Below are positions 8,487 to 18,674 of a stretch of DNA of 64,000 nucleotides, piece by piece. The stretch is taken from the NCBI GenBank assembly GCA_964406675.1, contig CAYOSP010000004.1, positions 45,426-109,425 of the forward strand, written 5' to 3'. The notes below the pieces were generated by a model that made no database searches, had not been told where the DNA came from, and saw nothing but the letters and a program-made list of their open reading frames with translations. Source of the stretch: an uncultured Eubacteriales bacterium (GTDB taxonomy: Bacteria > Actinomycetota > Coriobacteriia > Anaerosomatales > JAUVQN01). Positions within the stretch are counted from its first letter, which is position 1; the number at the start of each line of letters is the position of its first letter. The translations under genes were made by a program, and so were the position numbers.

Positions 8487-9817
8487 GTCGGCCGGTGAGG
8501 GCGAGGGACGAGCGCGGCAGCGTGCGGATCGACACGCTCGGATGCAAGGTGAACCGGGTGGAGAGCGAATCGATCGCCGCGGCGTTGTGGGAGGCCGGGG
8601 TGCGGGTGGCGCTGGACCGCACGGGCGGCGGCGAAGACACCGCCGTGTCCGTGGTGAACACCTGCTGCGTCACGGCCGAGGCCGAGCGCAAATCGCGCAA
8701 GGCGATCCGGCGCGCCCTGTCGGCGACCTCCGGGCCGGTCCTCGTGACGGGGTGCCTGGTCGCCGTCCGTCCGGACGCCGTAGCCGCGATCGACCGGCGT
8801 GTGGTGGTGGAGCCGGGCAAGGACCTGATCGCGGGAGCGGTCGCCGCGGGCGTGGACGAGGAGGACACGGTGGCCACCTCGGACAGGGACCGGCGACGCT
8901 CCCCGATGCGCGCAGCGGCGTATCCGCCGGCGCGCGGGCGCGTGGGCGACGGCTTCAGGACCCGCGTGGGGCTCAAGGTGCAGGACGGTTGTGACGCGCG
9001 CTGCGCGTACTGTGTGGTCCCGGACGCGAGGGGCCCCGCTCGCTCCGTGCCGCTCGCTGAGATCGAGGCGGACCTGTACGACCTCGCCCGCAGCGGCGTG
9101 CCGGAGGTGGTGCTCACCGGGATCGACATCGGTCGGTTCGAGGACGGCGGCCGCGGACTGGAGGCGCTCATCGAGGCGGCGGACCGAAGCGGCATCCCCC
9201 GGGTGCGGCTCTCCAGCATCGAGCCGCCGGACGTCACCGACGAGCTTCTCGAGGCTCTCGCCGCGGCGCGGACGATATGTCCGCACCTGCACCTCCCGGT
9301 GCAGTCCGGTTCGGACGCGGTGCTCGCGCGCATGGGCCGACGCTACGACACGGCGCACTTCGCGGCGCTGGCGGAGAGCGTGCGCGACGCGCTGCCGGGG
9401 GTGGCGCTCACCACCGACGTCATGGCCGGCTTCCCGGGGGAGACCGAAGAGGAGGCCGAGGAGACCCTGCGCTTCGCGGAGCGGGTGGGGTTCGATCGTC
9501 TCCACGTGTTCAGGTATTCGCGTCGTCCGGGGACCCCGGCCGCGGACATGTCGGAGCAGGTCGGGAAGCGCGAGGCCGAAGCGCGGGCGAGGCGGCTGCG
9601 CGGACTCGACGGGCGGCTCCGGGCCGCGCACAGGGAGAGGCGTCTGGGTGGTCGCGCGGAGGTGCTCGTCGAGCGCGTGGAGGCGGACGGAGGAGCGTCC
9701 GGGACGACCGAGGACTATCTCGCCGCGGTGGTGAGCTACTCGGGCGTGTCGGAGGGGGATGTGCTGGAGGTGTCTTTGAAGGGTATCGACGAATCGGGCA
9801 GGATGCTCGCAGGATGA
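8483..9817 (+). CDS. mtaB: MiaB-like tRNA methylthiotransferase (MtaB type)
   Basis: VRIDTLGCKVNRVESE...VVNTCCVT (UPF0004 domain), QDGCDARCAYCVVP radical SAM motif, and a C-terminal TRAM-like region. GTG 8483 forms a GTGA overlap with the rsmE stop. The 776-aa track ORF is an off-frame upstream extension. Confidence 0.8.
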   Translation: MSRPVRARDERGSVRIDTLGCKVNRVESESIAAALWEAGVRVALDRTGGGEDTAVSVVNTCCVTAEAERKSRKAIRRALSATSGPVLVTGCLVAVRPDAVAAIDRRVVVEPGKDLIAGAVAAGVDEEDTVATSDRDRRRSPMRAAAYPPARGRVGDGFRTRVGLKVQDGCDARCAYCVVPDARGPARSVPLAEIEADLYDLARSGVPEVVLTGIDIGRFEDGGRGLEALIEAADRSGIPRVRLSSIEPPDVTDELLEALAAARTICPHLHLPVQSGSDAVLARMGRRYDTAHFAALAESVRDALPGVALTTDVMAGFPGETEEEAEETLRFAERVGFDRLHVFRYSRRPGTPAADMSEQVGKREAEARARRLRGLDGRLRAAHRERRLGGRAEVLVERVEADGGASGTTEDYLAAVVSYSGVSEGDVLEVSLKGIDESGRMLAG

Positions 9818-9886
9818 TAGACTTGCAGGTGAAGCCGGGTGTGTCAGCGATCCCGGCATGTCGGATGGAATGAGGGCACTCAGCTC

Positions 9887-10933
9887 TTGGAAACCACACG
9901 GATACGGCTGGTCGTCCCGCCCGAACAGGAGATGGTCGCGCTGCTCGGACAGGGCGACCATCTGCTGAAGATCGTCGAGGAGCAATTCGAGTCCGATATC
10001 AGGGTGCGCGGCAACGAGATCACCATCACGGGCGAATCGTCAGAGTCGCAGGCGGTCTCCGCGCTGTTCAGCGAACTCCTGAGCCTTCTCTCCGCCGGCG
10101 AGACGCTGACCCCGGACAGCATCGACCGCGCGATCGACATGCTCAGGCACGACGAATGCACGCCCTCGAGCGTGTTCGGGGACGTCCTGCTCTCTCACCG
10201 GGGCAAGACGATCCGTCCGAAGACCGCGGGGCAGAAACGCTACGTCGACTCGATACGCCGCAACACGGTGACCTTCGGGATCGGGCCCGCGGGCACCGGC
10301 AAGACGTACCTCGCGATGGCCATGGCCGTCGACGCGCTCGTGCGTAAGGACGTCGGCCGTGTCATCCTCACCCGTCCCGCGGTGGAGGCGGGGGAGAAAC
10401 TCGGCTTCCTCCCGGGCGACCTCCACGAGAAGGTCGACCCGTATCTGCGCCCGCTGTACGATGCGCTCTTCGACATGATCGACATCGACAAGGCGAGCGA
10501 CCTGCTCGATCGGGGGACCATCGAGGTGGCGCCCATCGCGTTCATGCGGGGCCGGACCCTCAACGACTCGTTCGTCATCCTCGATGAGGCGCAGAACACG
10601 AGTCCCGAGCAGATGAAGATGTTCTTGACCCGGCTGGGATTCGGCTCGAAGGTGGTCATCACGGGGGACGTGACCCAGATCGATCTGCCGAAAGGCCACT
10701 CAGGGCTCAAGCAGGTGCGCGACGTCCTCGGAGGAGTGAAGGACGTCGAGTTCGTGGAGCTCGGATCGCGCGACGTCGTGCGCCACCGGCTCGTGCAGGA
10801 CATCGTGAGCGCGTACAGCCGCTACGAGGAAGCGCGTCACGAGGCCGAAGCCCGTCGGGAGGAGGACGCGGAGCGCCTCGCCCGGTCCCGGGCGCCGGAC
10901 CCTTCGGAGGACCATGGTCTCACCGAACGATAG
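9887..10933 (+). CDS. phoH: PhoH-family ATPase
   Basis: FGIGPAGTGKTYLAMA Walker A, RPAVEAGEKLGFLPGDL, FVILDEAQN. TTG 9887 (GAGGG lies 10 nt upstream) gives an N-terminus like Bacillus PhoH; GTG 9839 is an alternative start. Confidence 0.85.
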   Translation: METTRIRLVVPPEQEMVALLGQGDHLLKIVEEQFESDIRVRGNEITITGESSESQAVSALFSELLSLLSAGETLTPDSIDRAIDMLRHDECTPSSVFGDVLLSHRGKTIRPKTAGQKRYVDSIRRNTVTFGIGPAGTGKTYLAMAMAVDALVRKDVGRVILTRPAVEAGEKLGFLPGDLHEKVDPYLRPLYDALFDMIDIDKASDLLDRGTIEVAPIAFMRGRTLNDSFVILDEAQNTSPEQMKMFLTRLGFGSKVVITGDVTQIDLPKGHSGLKQVRDVLGGVKDVEFVELGSRDVVRHRLVQDIVSAYSRYEEARHEAEARREEDAERLARSRAPDPSEDHGLTER

Positions 10934-13169
10934 GAATCAGCTGAAGCAGCCGGCGACGGGTTCGAAGAAGCCGGCGGCGGACAAGGACGCGGCGGGGAAG
11001 GCGGTCCGGTGGACCTCCCCGCTCGCGAAGCGCGCGTACATCGGACTCGCCATGATCCTCGTGTTCGCGGTGGCGCTCACGTTCGACCCGGCGCCGGCCC
11101 GCCTCACCGAGGGCGAGCCCGCGCCGCGTACCTATCGGGCGCCGCGGGACATCCAGTACGTCGACGAGGAAGCCACCCAGGAGGCGCGTCAGGCGGCCAG
11201 GGAGGCCGTCTCGCCGATCTACACGCAGGACCTGAGGGCGGCCGCCGAGGCCCGCGCCGACGTCGACGAGTTCTTCAGCAGCGTCATCGAGGTGCGCGAC
11301 GAGATCAGCGAGGAGACCACGCTGACGCCCTCCGAGGTGCGCGAGCGGGCGTTGCAGCGCCTTGAAGCCGACTTCGGGGACACGCTGTCCGAGGACACGT
11401 TGCGCACGGCGGTGGAGGCATCGGACGAGGCGCTGCAGACGGTCAACGTCCAGACGCGTGAGCTGCTCACGCTCCTGATGACCGGCAGCGTGACCGAGGA
11501 GGACCTCGAGTCGACACGGGAGCGGCTCGCGACGAACGCAGACCTGCTCGACCTCCCCACGTACCAGCGCCGGTTGGTCAGTCGGGTCGGTCAGGCCTAC
11601 CTGCGTCCCACCCTCACCCTGGACGAGGAGGCCACCGAGCTCGCCAGGGTGGAGACTGCCGACGAGGTGGACGACGTCGTCGTCTCGCGGCAGGCCGGGG
11701 AGAACATCGTGCAGGGCGGGCAGATCGTGACGGAGGAACACGCCGAGCTGCTGCAGGTGCTCGGCGTGTTCGACACGAGCACGGATTGGCCGGCGGTGCT
11801 CGCCAGCGTCGCCCTGTTCGCGGTCCTGGTGTTGGGCGCGGGTCTCTACCTGGCGTTCTATGAGGAACCCGCATGGATGCGGTTCAGGGACCTGGTCATG
11901 ATCGCGACGCTCATAGGCATCACGGTGCTCACCACGAGACTCGTGGTCCTGCTGATGCGCGACGTGTCCCCCTACCTGCTGCCGTTGCCGGCGATGGTGA
12001 TGCTCGCCACGCTGCTCCTGAACCCTCGTATCGGGTTGCTGGTGGCGGTCACCGCGACGATCACCACGTCGCTGCTCGGGCTCTCGGGCGGGACGTTCAT
12101 CGTGGCGGCGCTGCTCGTCGACCTGATCGCGATCGTCGCCGTGTCCCGGATCCGAGAGCGCGCGCACCTGTTCTACGCCGGCGGCGTGGTGACCCTCGCG
12201 GCGGGCGTCGTGGCGTTCGGCGCGGGCCTCGCTTCCACGAGCAACCTGGCCGATGCGCTCGTCACCGGCGGCTACGGCCTCATCGGAGGGCTGGTGGCCG
12301 CCATCCTCACGTACGGGCTGCTGCCCTTCTTCGAGACCGTCTTCCGCATCACCACGGACGTGCGGCTGCTGGAGTTGGCGAAGCCCACGCATCCACTGCT
12401 GAAGCGCCTCATGTTCAACGCGCCGGGCTCGTACAACCACTCGATACTCACCGGGAACCTCGCCGAGGCCGCGGCCGAGGAGATCGGGGCGAACGCGCTG
12501 CTCGCACGTGTGGGCGCCTACTACCACGACGTGGGCAAGGTGAAGCGGCCGATGTTCTTCGTGGAGAACCAGCCGAGGGGAGAGAACCCGCACGACAACG
12601 CCTCCCCGACGCTTTCCAAGCTCGTCATCACGGCGCACGTCAAGGACGGCGTCGAGCTCGCCAAGGAGCATAAGCTCCCGCCCGAGGTCGTGCGCATCAT
12701 CGCACAGCATCACGGGACGTCGGTCGTGCGCTACTTCTTCCACAAGGCGTCGGAGGGCGGCGCCGACGTCCCCGAGGACGAGTTCCGCTACGGCGGCGAG
12801 CCGCCCGAGAGCGCGGAGGCCGCGCTCGTGATGCTCGCCGACGCGGCCGAGGCGGCGGTGCGGTCGATCCCGAAGCCGACCGTCCAGCGCATCGAGCAGA
12901 CCGTGCGCCGCGTGGTCCGCGACAAGCTCGAGGACGGTCAGCTCGACCGGTGCGCGTTGACCCTCGCCGACCTGCGCGTGGTGACGAGCACGTACGTCCA
13001 GATGCTTACCGGCGTCTATCACAGCCGCATCGAGTATCCGGACCTCCCCGAGCAGAGCAAGCCGACGCGGAAGAGCGTCGGGAAGAGCGCCGGGAGGGCC
13101 TCGACGGACGCCCGGTCGGCCGCGCGCGCCTTGAAGACCGGAGCAGGCACCGAACCCGAGGAGTCATGA
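10914..13169 (+). CDS. 7TM-HD (HDIG) membrane phosphohydrolase, YqfF/PgpH-like
   Basis: Long extracellular-type N-terminal region, about 7 TM helices, then an HD domain (YNHSILTGNLAE, GAYYHDVGK, IIAQHHG). It sits in the conserved phoH-yqfF-ybeY context. Confidence 0.75.
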   Translation: MVSPNDRNQLKQPATGSKKPAADKDAAGKAVRWTSPLAKRAYIGLAMILVFAVALTFDPAPARLTEGEPAPRTYRAPRDIQYVDEEATQEARQAAREAVSPIYTQDLRAAAEARADVDEFFSSVIEVRDEISEETTLTPSEVRERALQRLEADFGDTLSEDTLRTAVEASDEALQTVNVQTRELLTLLMTGSVTEEDLESTRERLATNADLLDLPTYQRRLVSRVGQAYLRPTLTLDEEATELARVETADEVDDVVVSRQAGENIVQGGQIVTEEHAELLQVLGVFDTSTDWPAVLASVALFAVLVLGAGLYLAFYEEPAWMRFRDLVMIATLIGITVLTTRLVVLLMRDVSPYLLPLPAMVMLATLLLNPRIGLLVAVTATITTSLLGLSGGTFIVAALLVDLIAIVAVSRIRERAHLFYAGGVVTLAAGVVAFGAGLASTSNLADALVTGGYGLIGGLVAAILTYGLLPFFETVFRITTDVRLLELAKPTHPLLKRLMFNAPGSYNHSILTGNLAEAAAEEIGANALLARVGAYYHDVGKVKRPMFFVENQPRGENPHDNASPTLSKLVITAHVKDGVELAKEHKLPPEVVRIIAQHHGTSVVRYFFHKASEGGADVPEDEFRYGGEPPESAEAALVMLADAAEAAVRSIPKPTVQRIEQTVRRVVRDKLEDGQLDRCALTLADLRVVTSTYVQMLTGVYHSRIEYPDLPEQSKPTRKSVGKSAGRASTDARSAARALKTGAGTEPEES

Positions 13170-13170
13170 C

Positions 13171-13617
13171 ATGCGCGTGAGCGTCACATCACATCGCGAC
13201 CCCGAGCCGCTGGACCCTGCGGCGTTCCAGCGCGTAGCCGAGTTCGTGCTCGGCCGCGAGGACGTGGTGGATCAGGCGGAGCTGTCGATCGCGCTGGTGG
13301 ACGAGGAGGAGATCGGTCACCTGAACGCCAAGTACCGCGGGGAGGAGCACCCGACGGACGTGCTCTCGTTCGGGTGCGACGACCCCTGCCCCGCGGACAG
13401 CGACGAGCCGATCACGCTCGGCGACGTGGTGATCGCTCCCACGGTGGCGGAGCACAGGGCCCGGGACCGCGGGGCGCGGGTGGAGGACGAACTGGACCTG
13501 CTCGTGGTGCACGGGATACTGCACATCCTCGGCTACGAACACGAGACCGAGGAGTCCGCGAAGGCGATGCAGGACAGGGAGCGGGCGATACTGGACGCCT
13601 ACGAGGACTTCAGGTAG
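13171..13617 (+). CDS. ybeY: rRNA maturation endoribonuclease YbeY
   Basis: HGILHILGYEHE zinc-binding motif, 148 aa, in the conserved position. Confidence 0.9.
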   Translation: MRVSVTSHRDPEPLDPAAFQRVAEFVLGREDVVDQAELSIALVDEEEIGHLNAKYRGEEHPTDVLSFGCDDPCPADSDEPITLGDVVIAPTVAEHRARDRGARVEDELDLLVVHGILHILGYEHETEESAKAMQDRERAILDAYEDFR

Positions 13618-13624
13618 GCGGCGG

Positions 13625-14326
13625 ATGAGAAGCCGTTCGGTCCTGTTCAGCTTCGAATACGCCATACAGGGCGTGGTCTACGCCCTGCGCACCCAGCGCA
13701 ACATGCGGCTCCACGTCCTCGCCGCGGTCGCGGTGATGGTGCTCGCCCTCTTCATCCGCATCGGCGCCCTCGAGCTCATGATGCTCTCCTTCGCCGTGGC
13801 GTTCGTCCTCTTCGCGGAGTTGGTGAACACGGCGCTCGAGGCGGCGGTGGACGTCGCGACCGAGCAGTATGAGCCGCTCGCCAAGGTGGCCAAGGACGTC
13901 TCGGCCGGTGCGGTACTGGTGGCCGCGCTGAATGCGCTCGTGGTGGGATATCTCGTGTTCTTCACCCGGCTCACCGCGGCGGTCGACACCGTCCTCGGTC
14001 AGGTGCGGTCCGCCCCGGTGCATCTCACGGTGATCGCCTTCGGGCTCGTGCTGGTCGCGGTGATCGTCACCAAGGCCCTCAACCGGGAGGACTCCTTCCT
14101 CAGCGGCGGATGGCCGTCCGGTCACACCGCGCTCGCGTTCGCCGCGGCGACGGCGGCCGGATACGTCACCGAGTCCGCGAAGGCGACCCTGTTCGCGCTC
14201 TTCCTCGCGTTGCTCGTCGCGCAGAGCCGCGTCGAGGGCGAGTTCCACACCATCCCGCAGGCCCTGCTCGGCGCGCTGTTGGGCATACTCGTCACGACCG
14301 CGGTCTTCCAGCTGGTGCGGGTATGA
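13625..14326 (+). CDS. dgkA: DgkA-type lipid kinase fused to a PAP2-like phosphatase half
   Basis: Residues 1-115 are prokaryotic DAG/undecaprenol kinase-like (FEYAIQG, ELVNTALEAAVD, KDVSAGAVL). Residues 125-233 carry PAP2 motifs PSGH (164-167) and SRVEGEFH (201-208). Confidence 0.75.
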   Translation: MRSRSVLFSFEYAIQGVVYALRTQRNMRLHVLAAVAVMVLALFIRIGALELMMLSFAVAFVLFAELVNTALEAAVDVATEQYEPLAKVAKDVSAGAVLVAALNALVVGYLVFFTRLTAAVDTVLGQVRSAPVHLTVIAFGLVLVAVIVTKALNREDSFLSGGWPSGHTALAFAAATAAGYVTESAKATLFALFLALLVAQSRVEGEFHTIPQALLGALLGILVTTAVFQLVRV

Positions 14327-14372
14327 CGCACCATGGAGGACGTCCGCGATCAGGGAGGAGTGTGCGCCCCGC

Positions 14373-15665
14373 GTGAGTCTCCTACCGAGTGTGGTGTTCG
14401 CGTTGATCGCCCTCACGTCGCTGGTCGCCGTCGGCGTGATCGGCGCCGCTCAGGCGTCCGTCCTGCTCATGGGGCGCGGCCGTGTGCGCAGGCTCGCGGA
14501 GGTGGAGCGGCGCGGCGCGCGGGATCTCGGGCTCATGCTCGATCGACCCGGGCGCCTGCTGGCGAGTGCGGCCCTCGCGAAGGGGATCGCCTACGCCGCC
14601 GTCTCCGCGTCGCTCACGTGGGCGCTCGTCGCGACCTACGACGACCTGCCGACCTGGGTAGCCGCGCTCGTCGCCGTCTCGGTCGCGGTGGTGGTGCTGT
14701 TCACCTTCGGCGAGGCGCTCCCGCGCACCGTCGCGCTGCAGAACCCCGAACGGGTGGCGCTCGCGTCGGCGCGTGGCGCTCGACGCATCACCGAGACCCT
14801 GCATCCCGTGGCGGTCCTGCTGAGCGCGCTGTGGCGGTGGGGGATGGCGCTCGCCGGAGGCAAGCGCGGCCCCGCCGCCCCGTGGGTGACGGAGGACGAG
14901 TACGACGGTCTGTTCGGGATGGAGCGGCCCGACCCCGAGGCGGAGCGCCAGCAAGAGGCGCTGATCGAGGCGGTCGAGCACTTCGCCGAGCGGATCGTGC
15001 GCGAGGTGATGGTGCCGAGGACGGACATGGTGTGCCTCGAGGACGACGTGACCGTCGGGGAGGCGCTCGACGTGATCGAGGAGGCGGGTTACTCGCGACT
15101 CCCGGTCTTCCACGAGACGCTGGACGACATCCGCGGCGTGCTGTATGCGAAAGACCTCCTGCTGGAGACGGGCCGCGGCTGCGATCCGTCGCTGCGCATC
15201 TCGGGCATGTATCGCCCGGCGTACTTCGTGCCCGAGACCAAGCCGGTGCGCGAGCTGCTCGTCGAGATGCGTCGGACCTCGCATATCGCGATGGTCGCCG
15301 ACGAGTACGGCGGCACCGCGGGGCTGGTCACCATCGAGGACCTGCTGGAGGAGATCGTCGGGGAGATCTTCGACGAGTACGACCTCCAGGTCCCGATGTG
15401 GGTCGATCTGGGCGAGGGGCGCTATCGGGTGGACGCGCGCCTGTCGGTGGCCGACCTCAACGAGGCCTTCGCGCTCGACGTCGAGCGCGAGGCGGACAGT
15501 GTGGGCGGTCTGTTCATCGAGGAGGTCGGTCACATCCCCGTCGTGGGTGAGGAATGCACGGTGGACGGGCTGCACCTCAAGGTGGAGGATGCTGACGGAC
15601 AGCGCATACGCCGGCTCGTCGTGGAGCCGCAGCGGAGAGCGACGGATGAGGAGGAAGAGGGATGA
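14373..15665 (+). CDS. CNNM/DUF21-CBS-CorC_HlyC family protein (TlyC/CorC-like)
   Basis: N-terminal 4-TM DUF21, a CBS pair ([12 protein letters not shown]..., YSRLPVF), and a C-terminal CorC/HlyC domain. Confidence 0.8.
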   Translation: MSLLPSVVFALIALTSLVAVGVIGAAQASVLLMGRGRVRRLAEVERRGARDLGLMLDRPGRLLASAALAKGIAYAAVSASLTWALVATYDDLPTWVAALVAVSVAVVVLFTFGEALPRTVALQNPERVALASARGARRITETLHPVAVLLSALWRWGMALAGGKRGPAAPWVTEDEYDGLFGMERPDPEAERQQEALIEAVEHFAERIVREVMVPRTDMVCLEDDVTVGEALDVIEEAGYSRLPVFHETLDDIRGVLYAKDLLLETGRGCDPSLRISGMYRPAYFVPETKPVRELLVEMRRTSHIAMVADEYGGTAGLVTIEDLLEEIVGEIFDEYDLQVPMWVDLGEGRYRVDARLSVADLNEAFALDVEREADSVGGLFIEEVGHIPVVGEECTVDGLHLKVEDADGQRIRRLVVEPQRRATDEEEEG

Positions 15666-16093
15666 CGGAGATAACGCAGTCCGATCTCGCACTGCTCGCG
15701 TTCGCCAGGCAGGCGAAGGAGCGGGCCTACGCTCCGTATTCCGACTTCCGTGTGGGCGCGGCGGTCTACGCGGGCGGCGAGATATTCCAGGGCGTGAACG
15801 TGGAGAACGCCGCGTACGGGGCCACGCTGTGCGCGGAGCGCGGCGCCGTGATGGCGGCGGTGCAGGCGGGCTTCAGGGACATTGACGCGGTGGCCGTCGT
15901 CGGGGACGCCGACGCGCCCGTCGCGCCGTGCGGGACGTGCCGACAGGTGCTGGCCGAGTTCAACCCGGAGATGCGGGTCATCATGGGCGGCAGCACGGAC
16001 GCGGTCGAGGTGTCCACGCTGGAGGAGCTGCTGCCGCGCGCGTTCACGCGCGGCTATCTCGACCAGGCCGGGGACCGGGCAGAGACCGAGTGA
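15662..16093 (+). CDS. cdd: Cytidine deaminase
   Basis: CAERGAV and PCGTCRQVLAEF zinc-ligand motifs, 143 aa. ATGA overlap with the upstream gene. Confidence 0.9.
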   Translation: MTEITQSDLALLAFARQAKERAYAPYSDFRVGAAVYAGGEIFQGVNVENAAYGATLCAERGAVMAAVQAGFRDIDAVAVVGDADAPVAPCGTCRQVLAEFNPEMRVIMGGSTDAVEVSTLEELLPRAFTRGYLDQAGDRAETE

Positions 16094-17070
16094 GCCCCGG
16101 TCCTCTGGGCGGCGGCCCACTCGGCGGCGGGCTCTCGGACGGTGTGCCGTGCGGTGGGTCCCTCGACGGCGTCGAGCGGGTCCGTTCCGGTTTCGTGTCG
16201 CTCACGGGTCGTCCGAACTCCGGGAAGTCCACGCTGGCCAACGCGCTGGTCGGCAGCAAGGTGGCGATCGTCTCGGACAAGCCGCAGACGACCCGGCATC
16301 GACTGCGGGCGGTGATCGACCGGGACGACGCCCAACTCGTGCTGGTGGACACGCCGGGCCTGCACAAGCCGGTGGACGCGCTCGGCGAGGAGCTCAACCG
16401 TTCCGCGCTCATGGGGCTCGGGGACGTGGACGTGGCGGCGCTGCTGGTGGACGCGGCCGCACCGATCGGCTCCGGTGACCGCTGGGTCGCCACGCACGTC
16501 CGCGAGGCGGGCGCACCGAGCGTGGCGATCCTCACCAAGACCGATCTCGTCGAGGAGGATGCGCTCTCACGTCAGCGGGGCGCGGTGTCGGGTCTCGGGG
16601 ACTTCGCCGCCGTCTTCGAGGTCTCGGCCACGGAGGGCGTCGGGCTCGAGGAGCTGGTGGACGGCCTCTCCGCGATGCTCCCGGAGGGACCCCGCTACTT
16701 CCCCCGGGACATGACCACCGATCAGCCGGTGGAGGTCATGATCGCCGAGTTCATCCGCGAGAAGGTGCTCCTGCACACGCGCGAGGAGGTGCCGCACGCC
16801 GTCGGGGTCGCGCTGGAGGACATGCGCTACGAGAAGAAGCCCGACATCCAGTTCCTGGAGGCGGTGGTGTATGTGGAGCGCGAGTCCCAGAAGGGCATCA
16901 TCATCGGTAAGGGCGGCTCGATGATCGAACGCATCGGCACCGAGGCGCGCGCGGACCTCGAGCGCCTGCTGGGCGGTCGGGTGCACCTGGACCTGCGGGT
17001 CAAGGTGCGCAAGGACTGGAGGAAGGACGCCTCGCAGATCCGCCGGTTCGGCTACGGGGAAGGACTGTGA
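16090..17070 (+). CDS. era: GTPase Era
   Basis: GRPNSGKSTLANAL, DTPG, TKTD and a KH domain. GTG 16090 forms a GTGA overlap with the cdd stop. The track ORF start at 15928 lies inside cdd. Confidence 0.9.
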   Translation: MSPGPLGGGPLGGGLSDGVPCGGSLDGVERVRSGFVSLTGRPNSGKSTLANALVGSKVAIVSDKPQTTRHRLRAVIDRDDAQLVLVDTPGLHKPVDALGEELNRSALMGLGDVDVAALLVDAAAPIGSGDRWVATHVREAGAPSVAILTKTDLVEEDALSRQRGAVSGLGDFAAVFEVSATEGVGLEELVDGLSAMLPEGPRYFPRDMTTDQPVEVMIAEFIREKVLLHTREEVPHAVGVALEDMRYEKKPDIQFLEAVVYVERESQKGIIIGKGGSMIERIGTEARADLERLLGGRVHLDLRVKVRKDWRKDASQIRRFGYGEGL

Positions 17071-17759
17071 TCCGCATGGACCGCAAGGAGCTCGCGTCGA
17101 GGATCGACCAGACGCTGCTGAAGCCGACCGTGGGCTTCCACGAGGCCGCCACCTGGATGCACGAGCAGCGCGACGAGGGCTTCGCCACGCTGTGCGTGGC
17201 GCCGTTCCTCGTTTCGCTGGCCGCTGGGGAGCTCACCGACACGACGACCAGGGTCTGCTCGGTCGCCGGGTTCCCGTTCGGGTACTCGGACCCGAGGACC
17301 AAGGCGGTCGAGGCACGACGCCTCGTGCAGGCCGGAGCGCACGAGGTGGACATGGTGATGCAGATCGCGGCGTTCCTCGAGGGCGAGACGGACTTCGTGT
17401 ACGAGGACATCGAAGGCGTGGCGGCGGCGGTCGACGCAGCGAGCAACGGCACCGGGGTCGTCAAGGTCATCCTGGAGACCGGCTACCTCACCGGAGAGCA
17501 GGTCGCGGAGGCCTGCGGGGTCGCGGAGCGGGCGGGCGCGCACTTCGTGAAGACGTCCACCGGCTTCGGGCCGCGCGGGGCCTCCGTCGAGGACGTGTCC
17601 ATCATGCGGGAGTCACTCTCCGAGGCGGTGAGGATCAAGGCCGCGGGCGGTATCCGCGACCTCTCGACGGCCGTGGCGATGCTGGAGGCCGGGGCCGACC
17701 GACTCGGCTCGTCGTCGGGCCGCGAGATCCTGGAGGCGTTCGAAGCCGGGCGGATGTGA
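17067..17759 (+). CDS. deoC: Deoxyribose-phosphate aldolase
   Basis: IDQTLLKP, LCV, and VKVILETGYL...VKTSTGF...IKAAGGIR (Schiff-base lysine context). GTGA overlap with the era stop; ATG 17076 is an alternative start. Confidence 0.9.
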   Translation: MIRMDRKELASRIDQTLLKPTVGFHEAATWMHEQRDEGFATLCVAPFLVSLAAGELTDTTTRVCSVAGFPFGYSDPRTKAVEARRLVQAGAHEVDMVMQIAAFLEGETDFVYEDIEGVAAAVDAASNGTGVVKVILETGYLTGEQVAEACGVAERAGAHFVKTSTGFGPRGASVEDVSIMRESLSEAVRIKAAGGIRDLSTAVAMLEAGADRLGSSSGREILEAFEAGRM

Positions 17760-17768
17760 CGCGGCCGC

Positions 17769-18539
17769 ATGCCCTCGTACCATCTCCGCGCGGTCGTCCT
17801 GCGCAAGCACAAGCTCGGGGAGGCCGACCTCATCCTCACGCTCCTCGCCGAGGATGGGCGCCAGGTACGCGCCGTGGCCAAGGGCGTGCGGAAGACCAAG
17901 TCGCGGTTCGGGGCGCGGGTGGAGCCGCTCTCCGTCGTGTCCGCTCTCATGCACACGGGCCGTTCCCTGGACGTGGTGGTCGAGGCCGAGCCGCTCTCGC
18001 CGCACGCGCGGCTGCGGGGGGACTTCGACCGCTACGCCGCCGCGTCGGTGGTCGCCGACGTGCTGCAGAAGGTGACCTCGGAGGGCGACGAGCAGCCGGT
18101 CCTGTTCGAACTGACCGTCAAGACGCTCGACGTGCTGGAGACGGTCCCGCCGACGGCGCTGCCGGCCCTGCTCACCGCCTTCCTCGTCAAGGTGAGCGGG
18201 ATGATCGGCCTGATGCCGTCGCTGCGCCGCTGTGCGGTGTGCGCCTGCGAGGCGTCGGCCGGGATGGTCTTCTCACCCGAGGCGGGCGGCGTGGTGTGTC
18301 CCGCGTGCGGGGGGCTCGAAGGGGGCGTGGCGGTGGGGTGTGAGGCCCGCGAGGCGCTGGAGGCGCTGCTGCGCGCGAGGCTGGACGAGGTAGAGGACCT
18401 AGGGCTCGATCCACGAGCGGTGGAGCAGGCCGGCTCGTTGATGCGGTCGTTCGTCCGCCATCACGTGCACGCCCGCCTGCGCTCCCTCGAGGTGCTGGCT
18501 TCGCTGGAGGCGGTGGGGCAGTGGCCGGCGCCGGAGTGA
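17769..18539 (+). CDS. recO: DNA repair protein RecO
   Basis: N-terminal OB-fold region (AVVLRKHKLGEADLILTLL) and a C-terminal CxxC...CxxC zinc motif (CAVCACE...CPACGG). Confidence 0.85.
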   Translation: MPSYHLRAVVLRKHKLGEADLILTLLAEDGRQVRAVAKGVRKTKSRFGARVEPLSVVSALMHTGRSLDVVVEAEPLSPHARLRGDFDRYAAASVVADVLQKVTSEGDEQPVLFELTVKTLDVLETVPPTALPALLTAFLVKVSGMIGLMPSLRRCAVCACEASAGMVFSPEAGGVVCPACGGLEGGVAVGCEAREALEALLRARLDEVEDLGLDPRAVEQAGSLMRSFVRHHVHARLRSLEVLASLEAVGQWPAPE

Positions 18540-18674
18540 GACCGCCGTCTGCTGCCGAGCGAACTCGCCGGACGCCCGGCGAGTGAGCCCGCCCTGTCGC
18601 GTCCACGGCGCGTCGACCCCGTCCTGCCGCGAGCATGTCGCGTTGACCCCGCTCACCCGGCTCGGATAGCATCG

